The notes below the pieces were generated by a model that did no database searches, was not told where the DNA came from, and worked only from the letters and a program-made list of their open reading frames with translations. Positions 10,129 through 19,950 of a DNA stretch of 20,522 nucleotides are shown here, piece by piece (the stretch's first letter is position 1; each line of letters opens with the position of its first letter). The DNA is from an uncultured Nitrososphaeraceae archaeon (GTDB lineage: Archaea; Thermoproteota; Nitrososphaeria; Nitrososphaerales; Nitrososphaeraceae): NCBI GenBank assembly GCA_963825865.1, contig CAWGVG010000020.1, positions 1 to 20,522 on the forward strand, written 5' to 3'. Position numbers and translations under genes: made by a program.

Positions 10129-12283
10129 ATGGTGAGAAAAAAGAATTTACCACAGTTTCAGAATTTAAAATAGACTTTTCATTCAGAAGGGAAGTATTCT
10201 TCATTATTGCAGGAGCCCTTATGGGAGCCATAGCTTATGTTATTCCTATAACCGTCTTTGCAATTGAGGGAGGATCTTCATACTATCTAACATGGATAGT
10301 ATTTGGTCATATCGCTGGTGTTTATTCTCCTATTACTTCAGTCATAACTGCAGGATTTATGCTCCATGTTCTTACTGCAACATGTATCGGTATAATAGCA
10401 GGGCTATTTCTATACAAGACCAATATTCTAAACATAAGCAAACCATCAAATGGGTTGAAATACGGACTCTTTGTAGGATCTTTAGTATTTGCTATCTTTG
10501 CTATACCAGTTCAGGAATTTGTATTAGGGCCTGAATATGCACGCACAACAGTTGGTAGCAGTAGCAGTCAACAACGACAACGACAACTAATACATACCAC
10601 CTGCTGTAATGGAATATTCTCAACCCATGCTTAATAAGCCTTCAATATCTTCAAATCAAATTACCTTAAATCAATTAAGAGCCATCATAGACTCTCTTAT
10701 AATTAATCTAGTTTTCGGAATTACACTTGGACTATTTTCATCATTTCTATCAATAAAATTTGGGGCTAGATACAGATGCCCTAAATGTGATATTTCCTTC
10801 TCAAGGGTTGATTCTCTACAACACCACCTTGAGCTTATACATGGCAGTAAACCAATACATCCAAAAAGGATCCTTATTCTAGGAGGAGGATTTGCAGGAG
10901 TAGCCGTATTAAAAAGACTCCAAAGTAAATTTCAGACTAATGTGAGCATTGAGATTACAATGGTAAGCAAAGATAACTACATGCTATTTACACCGATGCT
11001 TCATGAAGTAGCATCTGGAATGATAGAGACAAGGCATATTGTAACTCCTATCACGAGCCTTTTGTAATAGATCACGATTCTATTCTGCAATAGTGCAAGA
11101 TATTGACCTAAAAAACAAGAGAGTTGTGATTAGGTCTTCAGCAACAACAACACCGCTTGTGAATACTGGTAGATCCATAATAGAGCATGATAGTTTGGAT
11201 TTGAACAACACTAGATCTCTGTATTATGATTATCTTGTAATAGCATTAGGAAGCGAAACAAAGTTTTTTGGAATGTCTGATGTACAGCAAAATGCTTTTA
11301 CGATGAAGAGTTTGAATGATGCGATAAATTTAAGAAATCATGTTGTATATTTACTTGAACAATCAGACCAATTACCTAGCAACTATGCTACCGACACCAC
11401 TACCACTAGCAGTAATAATACTTACAATGATCTTCAAAAAAGATTGTTAACTTTTGTAATAGTAGGAGGTGGTTTTGCAGGAGTAGAAACAGCAGGCGAA
11501 ATAAATGATTTCATTAAAGACTCTGCAAAAGACTATTACCATAATATAGATTCAAACAACATAAGGACTATACTAATTCAATCTGGTAACAGACTTTTAC
11601 CCGAGATGAGTGAAGAATTAGCCGAGTTTGCATTGCAAAAGTTACGTAATAGCGGAGTTGAAGTTATTCTTAATACTCGCGTGGTAGGAGCCACAGCAAA
11701 TAGCGTAAAGTTAAGTAACGGTAATATAATTCCAACAAAGACAATAGTTTGGTCTGGCGGAGTATCTCCTAATTCTCTAATTACTAATCTGCCATGTGAG
11801 CACGATAAGAGTGGCAGAGTAGTTGTAGATAAATATTTGGAAGTACCCCAGTTCAAAGGTGTTTATGCACTTGGTGATTGTGCTTACATAACTGAACCTT
11901 ATACAGGAAAATCATGTCCTCCTACAGCACAGCACGCTATAAGAGAAGGTGCAGTGGTAGCAAAAAATATCATAGCAGCAATAGAGGATGGAAAAAGATT
12001 GGATGACAGAGAGGCATTTGATTACAAAACAAAAGGCATGATGGCTAGTATTGGAAAGCGAACTGGTATAGGTAATTTATTAGGAATAGAAGTGCAAGGA
12101 TTTTTAGCCTGGTGGATATGGCGCAATTATTATCTGGTAAATCTTCCGACATTACAAAAGAAGATAAGAGTAATGTCAGACTGGATGCTAGATATATTCT
12201 TTAAACGTGATGTGACCATGCTCAAAACATTTGTTGAAGAAAAAGAAACAGAAGATATTAAAACCAAGACCTCTTCTATGTAG
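10129..12283 (+). CDS. ndh: Fusion: multi-TM domain + C2H2 zinc finger + type II NAD(P)H dehydrogenase (NDH-2), three frameshifts
   Basis: Hydrophobic N-domain, YRCPKCDISFSRVDSLQHHLELIH, ILGGGFAG, FTPMLHEVASG, YDYLVIALGS, IVGGGFAGVETAGE, ALGDCA, PPTAQHA, YKTKGMMASIG and GFLAWWIWR. Frameshifts near 10140, 10575 and 11055. Confidence 0.85.
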
Positions 12284-13394
12284 AATTGTCATTACGCTTT
12301 TCACATTCGTAATTGGCACTTGTATGAGCTGAAGATTATCATCACCTATAGGGAATTGAGGCGGCAAGAGCTGTACTATTATTCAATCTAAACGATGAGC
12401 AAGTAAAGCAAACAAGCTACATATTCTCCAACCCTATTTTTCGCAATTCTTTGAGAGTATATAACAGATATTAATTAATAGAGTAGACAGCAGGTGAAAG
12501 TATAACTCTTATTACTATTTGTGCCGCATTTTTTGAGGAGTCAAAAATAAATAGTGAGGAATTTGTCAGTTGCGAAAATCGATGACAAATGTAGTTCTTC
12601 TAAAAAACTAGGCATAAATATAATCTTAAACATGAAAATGGAACATCTTTCGAAGACCCTCGTAAGAAATGGAATATTTGAGTTGTCTGGATTTCGTCCT
12701 ATCTTGCAATAGTGCACCACCCTCTATATGTACACAATAACAAGATTGTTAGCAAAAAAGGATCGGCTACTCATTGGTTATAGTCTAATATGAAACAATA
12801 ACGATTAGAGTTAACTGAGAACAAGATTGCTTGTAACGTTGGTGTCCTAAGTTTGGCTCAGTCCGTGTTCTTGAGCTGGTTCTCGACATACCTGTTTGAT
12901 TGTCGAGTACCTGCCTGTCCAGGCTTTGTATGCTCCCCTTTATGGACGACAGGATCAACTCTTGCCATTAGTTGGTCTACTATTGACTAGTAATACTTTC
13001 CACAATATTCTATTACTCTACAGTAAGATGCTAGAGTGTATTTCATTCCGTCTAGTAAAAGAGAAAGATACATTATTAGCCATTATAATAAATATATATA
13101 CATTAGTACATAAGTATGATAAGTATAGAATTTTTTACATTGCCGTTCCTTACAAAGTACTGACGACATAGAAAAAAGCATTCTCTGTATTTAATGTATA
13201 TATAAACAGAATTTGGCTGAAAATCCTTCTTGTCATATTCTATTTTATAAGGACTTAAGTCAAAATAGTGATAATGATTTACCAAGGTAAGCATTCGATG
13301 AAATCCTTGTAATTACATAGTTTTTAAACTGGTTTTTAATGCTATCGGCGAGTATATATTTAGGCTAGTGAGAAAATTCAAACAAGATGGATAA

Positions 13395-13469
13395 GGGCCG
13401 GTGGTCTAGCTTGGTTAAGATATCGCCTTGACATGGCGGGGTTCGTTGGTTCAAATCCGACCCGGCCCA
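13395..13469 (+). tRNA. tRNA-Val (GAC)
   Basis: Acceptor GGGCCGG/CCGGCCC+A, D arm GTCT/AGAT, anticodon arm TCGCC-TTGACAT-GGCGG, T arm GTTGG-TTCAAAT-CCGAC. No intron and no encoded CCA. Confidence 0.96.
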
Positions 13470-13546
13470 TTTCGCTGTCTTGCCATTTATTTTTGTGTTG
13501 CTTTCGGTTAACTGCATCATTTTCCTTCGATTTTTGCGATGTCTCC

Positions 13547-13574
13547 GGCGATATCTTAACCAAGCTAGACCACC
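13547..13574 (-). repeat. Perfect 28-bp inverted copy of the tRNA-Val 5' half (13400-13427)
   Basis: GGCGATATCTTAACCAAGCTAGACCACC is the exact reverse complement of GGTGGTCTAGCTTGGTTAAGATATCGCC. Confidence 0.97.
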
Positions 13575-14265
13575 CCAAATCAGGATTATATTGATGACTA
13601 CTAATTGTCATATCACGACAGTCTGTTGTCATTGAATGATTATTTATTCTCGTTATCAAACCTTGTCCAATAAGTAGCGGCAGCTTCATTACTGCTGAAT
13701 ATCTCCAATTTTCTCTTAATCCTATGGCGCATATGATTCTCATAGTCTCTTGAAACTTTGACCTTGCCTAGAAGCCAATCTCTTTCCCTTCTCGTCAATA
13801 AAGCTAAATCATAGGAGGATTCTTCTACCTTATCTACCATTATCCCATGCAATGAATTACAGTGTTGCTTAAAGAGTTGTCTATCTAGATATTGCTAGAT
13901 AATCTGTTAATTACTGATACAATCTATCAGATTAGCTATAAAGAGGAAAAGATTGGATATGAGCGTGAACATGGGCATATTATAGAAAGGCATATGTCAC
14001 ACCTTCGGTCGCGTGGTATGGCGCAACAGATAATAGACTTCAAGGTAGAACCCCAAAATCTGTTTTTGCAAGGTAATACTTTAGGCATGACCTTGACTAT
14101 CAAAAGATTAAGGATATCATAACTTCATTGTACAAATCTCTTGTATTATCCTAATCAGTAAAAGATCATATCAATAGCAAATATTCTCATTTGCAAAATA
14201 AACTCATTTAGCGGAAATGGATTAGCCAACTAATATTTTTGGTGCATTTGTAAACTAGCAAGAAA

Positions 14266-15720
14266 TTGCGCCAAGTTAGTCACAAATACGCGAAATCGTT
14301 ATTTATTTTCAGAAGAGACTTACGGCTTGAAGATAATACAGGACTAATAGCTGCTTTGCAATTATCCAAGCAAGTCATACCATGTTTCATCTTTGACCCA
14401 AGACAAGTCGAAGATAAACAAAATCCGTACAAGAGCAATAATGCATTACAGTTTATGATTGAATCAATAATAGATTTAGACAAGCAGATACTATCATCAA
14501 CAAAAAGTGATGGCAATAGTTCATTTCATATATTCTATGATGAAGCTGAGAATATAATCGAGCAATTAATACAAAAGGCACAAATTGATGCCGTATTTAG
14601 TAATAGGGATTATACTCCATTTAGCAAAAGTAGGGATAATACTATCAAACAAGTCTGTGAGAAATACAATGTATCGTTTTGTCAGTTTTCGGACTATTTA
14701 CTAAATGAACCCGAATCTGTTTTGGACGAAAAAGGTTTTCCTTTTAAAGTGTTCGGCCATTTCTATAAAAAGGCAATAACTAATCAAATAAGACATCCTC
14801 AAAAATACACATTGCGAATGAAAATAATAATTTCTTTACACAACCAATAAATTCAGAAATAGTAGGAGAAAGAAGATTTCTATAACAAGATCATTGAGAG
14901 ACCGAACGAGAATATACATGTACATGGAGGAAGAAGCAACTGCATTAAAATTCTGACTAATTTGCATAAATTCAAAGATTATGAAACTGAAAGACATTAT
15001 CCTTCAAAATCAGGTACAACAGATTTATCAGCTCATATAAAATTTGGAACTTGCTCTATAAGAGAAGTATTTTATGCTATTAAAGAACAGTTAGGAATCG
15101 AACACCCTCTAATAAGACAACTATTTTGGAGAGATTTCTTTACGTATATTGCATATCATTTTCCTCATGTATTTGGCGCGCCATTTAATAGAAAATATGA
15201 AAACAAGATAAGATGGAATACTGATGTCTCTGTGTTTCAGGCATGGTGTAATGGTCTAACAGGTTTTCCTATTGTAGATGCAGGAATGCGCCAACTAAAC
15301 AGTACAGGATATATTCCCAACAAAATAAGGATGATTGTTGCAACCTTTCTCACAAAGGATTTGCAGATAGATTGGCAGTGGGGCGAGAAGTATTTTGCGC
15401 AGAAACTTGTTGATTATGATCCATCTGTTAACAATGGCTCTTGGCAATGGGTTGCTTCTACAGGCTGCAATAGACAACACCATTTCAGAATATTAAATCC
15501 TTGGATACAACAAAAGAAATTTGATCCTGAATGTGACTACATAAAGAAATGGGTGATTGAACTACATGACCTTCCTGCTACTTCAATTCATAATTTAAAT
15601 AAACAACGACCAATGGATTTGGTAGTAGAATATCCTTTTCCGATAGTAAACCATTCAGAAGCCATCGAAATTGCAGAGAATATGTTTTCTTCCTCTGCGA
15701 TTGATCATATTCGTCAATGA
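14266..15720 (+). CDS. phrB: Deoxyribodipyrimidine photolyase (class I CPD-like), frameshifted near 14810-14880
   Basis: LFIFRRDLRLEDNTGL, GTTDLSAHIKFGTCSIREV, RQLFWRDFF, WCNGLTGFPIVDAGMRQL, DWQWGEKYFAQKLVDYD and NNGSWQW. Confidence 0.92.
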
Positions 15721-16734
15721 GTTCGCGTGATATGTGATTTGAGCTTTGCTTTTGATTCATCTAAGCTCTGCAGAAAATCCAACTGTTGCTTTATTTTAGA
15801 ATCTTTTTCAGACTGGCGCGCAAATTGCCATAACAAGAGTTCTTTTGATGGAGATAGTATACAATATAACGATTTTACAATCTCGACAGCCTCATTTTGA
15901 ATAAATCTATTTTTTAGTTCAGGCGGTGCATAATTCAAAAAATAAGCAAAGGTTCTATCCGATAGTTGATATGAGGTAACTTTAGATATTTGTTCCCTCG
16001 TTTCTCCATACATTCTTTCACTAAGCAATCCCTCAAACCTTACTAGAATGCATTGTTTGATTGCATCCAATATAACATTATATAGAATTGTTTTTGCAAG
16101 AGCGTTATTTTGGCATTTGGGTATTATTTTGGAAAATCTTGATATTATTGCATCAATAATCGCTATTGAGGTTTGATATTCTAATTGAAAGGCTTCTTCC
16201 AGCCAAGTAGGATATCTATCTATATCTTCAGTCTTCCAACCCCTCTGTGTTAGCCTATGATGAAATTGACTTGTTGAAATGGTCTGAACATTAAAGCCAT
16301 CAAAAACATCAAAATGTTCTTTAATTGCACTTCTTGACTTTGAATCAGATTCTTTATAGTCATCTATATTTAAAATTAGATTTGATAATTCATAGCCCAA
16401 GTCTGTGAGCATCCTTTTGCTGTACTTTTCCTTCTTTCTTTTTTCTACCTCTCTCCTTCTTTTTTCTTTTATAGCCAATCTGTTGAACCCCTTTGATTAG
16501 ATTACCTTTCTCTAAATCATAAATAGCATTTGTAACATATTGTTTGTGACTCAAACTTGTATCCTTAGCTCTAAACTGTTGTAATTGCTTGAATGTTTCG
16601 TTGATTCCCTTTCTACCATTAGCAAGTACACGTAAGATGAATACATAATGATTAAGAAGTCTATGTTGAACCGGTTCAATTCTTGCTCTTTTTAATGAGT
16701 TCAATTTATTCTCAGGTGGTTCAGAATTTGACAT
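15714..16734 (-). CDS. Hypothetical protein with N-terminal winged-helix-like domain (frameshift near 16475)
   Basis: FILRVLANGRKGINE...YVTNAIYDLEKGNLIK...LTDLGYEL pattern, joining the 119-aa and 254-aa ORFs. Confidence 0.55.
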
Positions 16735-17038
16735 TATTATCTTGTACACGTTATTTAATTATTATAATATTTAACATTTTTTCAAATGAGATCAATATAT
16801 CTATTGCAGCCCTTTCATGTGGGCTCAAAAAATGCAAAATCGACTGCTTTGGTGGTTCCTTGTGCTGTCGTTAAAGACTACAATATAGATACATCTACTG
16901 CATACAGACAACCAAAAGAAGACCATAACATTGGAAGTAATGCAATACTCTAGTGAAAAACAACAGGAAAATGCAACGATGCCTGATAAAGAGAGTTCTC
17001 CAACTTCTACCCAACAGGCATCATTACAGAATCATTAG

Positions 17039-17500
17039 GTGCAGAGCCCCAAAATGAATTCTACTATTAACTGCTGTAAAGAAGAATTTAAGGTATTCTA
17101 TACTTGCAGCGAAGGACAAAATTACACCTATTGCTTCGAGTGTGACTTTAGAGGATTTCCATATGAAAAAGTCGTTTATGTAGTCAAAGGCACACGAAAA
17201 GAAATCGAAGACGGATTTATAGACATAGTTGAAATCTATGATTATTATCCATTCATTGAAGGAAGAAAAATTAAACACGAGCATAAGTCATTGCGCCCTC
17301 TAACGTACGAGGAAGCAGAGACATTATTAGAAAGATTAGATGACGATATCAGAACGCATTTAGAATATGACATTAATAAACGCCAAGAACAAGCCTTAGC
17401 TGTTGAAGATAGTATTCTGCTCCAAACTCACTCAATTAGTCTCTCCGAAGGTAGCAATTCACCTCAACACCGTTCACGCAATAAAGAGACGACTGCATAA
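17039..17500 (+). CDS. Hypothetical protein with Cys-rich N-terminus
   Basis: CCKEEFKVFYTC..YCFEC. Its stop overlaps the primase start (TAATG). An upstream in-frame ATG at 16940 is separated from it by a TAG. Confidence 0.6.
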   Translation: MQSPKMNSTINCCKEEFKVFYTCSEGQNYTYCFECDFRGFPYEKVVYVVKGTRKEIEDGFIDIVEIYDYYPFIEGRKIKHEHKSLRPLTYEEAETLLERLDDDIRTHLEYDINKRQEQALAVEDSILLQTHSISLSEGSNSPQHRSRNKETTA

Positions 17501-18818
17501 TGACTATAGCATCAACAAATACAACTATTTCTGTTGAAACTTTACTAAATCTTTACAGAATAGGATTTAAGCTTGTTCCAATTGCAGCAGATGGAAAAAC
17601 ACCCAATGTTCAAGGTTTACTTACAGAGGAGGAACAAAATAGTAGTATAGGAGAATCATTATCTGATGGTAAGGCGCATCCTGTTAACTATATATATACT
17701 CATCCGGAATTTTGGACTGAAGAGCGACTTACAAAGGAAGCATGGCGCTTTAATATTGTACTACAACCTTTGGTAAAACTCGTTTGAAAGATAAACAGGG
17801 TAATGCTCTATACCTCAATAAATTGGATATAGATAGTGAGAAAGTATTTACAAGACTTGCGAATATACGTGTCAAGGATAAAGAATACTTTTTCATTGAT
17901 GAGATGTGCCGCAACACCTATGTAACAAAAACCAAGAAAAGATGTGGCCGTCATATCTATTGGCTTAGTCATAAGCAGAATACATCAATAGGTACTAAAG
18001 GCTGTAAACTAGGATATGAATTTGAGATAAAAACTGACAATAGTTTGGGACTTGGAACGTTACCACCAAGTATACACAGAGACTATTCAGATTTTCATTA
18101 TCAATGTATAGGCAAGAACACTATTTCTCATAAGGATGGTTTCTATGATGGGATATTGGATGTTCTCGCGGATTGTATGAAGATTAAAGAGGACAAAGAA
18201 AAATGGTCAAAGAATGGAAGCAAGTTTAAACCAAAGTATAACGTTATACCTATTAGTTTTAACGACGAAGAGATACAAACTATTTGCGATTTATTAAGCC
18301 CTTATTACTACAAAGGCTGTCATTCTAGGCATGATATAGTGTTCGGTTTCGGCGGCATATGTTTAAAGCATAATGTAACCAAAGAGTCTGCTACAAAATT
18401 AGTAGAATCGCTAGCAAAGGACGATGAAGAAAGTAAGTCTAGACTAAAAACCTTAGAAGAGACATACAATAAACAACGAGAACAAGTTAGTGGTACCAAA
18501 TGGCTGCTAGAAGCTTTAGAGCATATTACGGGAGATAGCAGTACTGCAAAGGACATATTTAATAAAATTTTCAAAATAATTGTTAACAAGTGGAGTGATT
18601 CGGCTGACCAAAAAAAAATCAATTATGTTTTAATGCTAACCGATGAAATAAGGGAGGAATACCCAATCAAGACAATTAAAGATACTGAGGAGATATACTA
18701 CTATGATAACAACAAGGGTGTTTACATCCAAGGTGGGGAATGGCTTATAAAAGAACAATGTGAAATATTGTATTGCATCTTGTCACAAACTATTTTATAT
18801 AATAGATCTCTTGTGTAA
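17500..18818 (+). pseudogene. Bifunctional primase-polymerase (AEP) with start of a D5-N-like region; helicase missing
   Basis: GFKLVPI..GKTP, DxD motif LDIDS, TKTKKRCGRHIYW, LPPSIH, a PriCT-like segment and EEIYYYDNNKGVYIQGGE. Frameshift near 17752; similarity appears to end near 18772. Confidence 0.8.
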
Positions 18819-19849
18819 TTAGAAGCTTAGAGCTATATTCCTCTTCACATAGGATATCTATCTGACAAGCTCTTTGATGTCCTATAGCAAATTATGTAAG
18901 AAACCTTTGATATTCAGGTCATTTACCGGAGTAACTGTATCTGAATTTGAATCCATTTGTAACGAAATTGAACATAACTACGAAGAGCACGAAAGAAGAC
19001 GTCTTCTATCAAGGACGAGAATACGGGATATAGGTGCTGGTAGACCATTTAAGCTTAAAGTTAAAGAAAGATTCGTTATGCTTCTAGTATACTACAGATT
19101 ATACATTACATATACATTATCAGGATTTCTGTTTGACCTTGATCAAAGCAATGTTTGTAGAGATATATCAATGATGGAACCACTTATCAAGGAGTGTATT
19201 CCATTGCCAAAGAAGATATACAAACGTACTAGGAGATTAAGAACTATAGATGAAGTAGAAGAGTGACTTCCTGGATTCAAGGCTTTCATAGACTCTACAG
19301 AACAAGAAATTCCAAGACCTAAGAACAAAAGAAGAAGGAAGAGTTACTATTCAGGTAGAAAGAAGAAACATACTGTCAAGACACAATTGATGGTAAAGAA
19401 GTGAAGGATTGATACTGCATAAGACAGGTCACAGAAGTGGAAGAAAACATGATTATGACATTTACAAACACAATCATTCTATAACTCCATCACAAGTTGA
19501 AAACATAGTTAATCCTGGTTATCTTGGCATTGAAAAGGACTTTCCCATGTAAAGTCTGTTCTTGGTATCAAAAAGAAAAAGGTACATTGCTTTCATGTGA
19601 TGAAAGAACTTACAACAAGAATCATTCTAGGCTAAGGATCATAGTAGAACATACCATATGTAGAATCAAAAAGTTTGGAATAATGGGTACTAAATTTAGA
19701 AACAGATTAAGGAAGTACAATAACGTATCTGATATAATATCCGGTCTCCTGAACTTCAGAGTTATACAGTCTGACAGCATTTCAATCTAAGAAGACGGCT
19801 AAAACAAGTAGGGTGTTAGACTATAGCTCCTAATTACGCAAGAGAATCT
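18804..19849 (+). mobile_element. IS5-family-like insertion sequence (HTH_Tnp_4/DDE_Tnp_4 type), ~1.05 kb
   Basis: Imperfect terminal IRs AGAT-CTCTTGTGTAATTAGAAGC (18804-18826) and the reverse complement of 19826-19849, AGATTCTCTTGCGTAATTAGGAGC. AAT flanks both sides as a candidate TSD. Confidence 0.85.
18874..19790 (+). pseudogene. DDE transposase, frameshifted
   Basis: FRSFTGVTVSEF, GAGRPFKL, FLFDLDQSNVCR, FIDSTEQEIPRP, YYSGRKKKHTVKTQ, HDY and RIIVEHTICRIKKF. The expected DxGY appears as NPGY. Confidence 0.88.
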
Positions 19850-19930
19850 AATAATATACTATCCTTACTATTTTCTATATATACACTAATAATTACTGCC
19901 TATCCATTACGGGGATGATTATAGATAGTT

Positions 19931-19950
19931 ACTAGGGACACTAGGGACAC
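19931..19950. repeat. Tandem repeat (ACTAGGGAC)x2.2
   Basis: ACTAGGGACACTAGGGACAC read directly from the sequence. Confidence 0.75.

Larger units (their letters stand above)
13378..13840 (-). pseudogene. Putative N-terminal fragment of an SSV-type split tyrosine integrase, int(N)
   Basis: MVDK..LLTRRERDWLLGKVKVSRDYENHMRHRIKRKLEIF, a frameshift near 13684, then LPLLIGQG... It reads in frame through the antisense of the tRNA (MGRVGFEPTNPAMSRRYLNQARPPA), the geometry expected when attP lies inside int. The catalytic domain is not in the window. Confidence 0.6.

Noticed and set aside
12858-12968. 36-aa minus ORF ending NRYVENQ, resembling the IS200 TnpA YxxxQ motif
   Set aside because: No HUH or W-x3-Y motif upstream, no tnpB and no end hairpins seen.
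12300-13330. ORFs 12896-13171 and 13103-13294; possible ncRNA
   Set aside because: Low-complexity AT-rich translations, with no structure or repeat I can support.
13547-13574. Second tRNA, split-tRNA half or ordinary attR
   Set aside because: Only 28 bp, lacks most of the acceptor stem, has no BHB-forming flank and is inverted rather than direct.
13892-14122. 76-aa ORF
   Set aside because: TTG start, overlaps the likely int(N) promoter and has no recognisable domain.
19255-19560. Programmed frameshifting in the transposase
   Set aside because: There are several independent breaks plus a damaged DxGY motif; error or decay is the simpler explanation.
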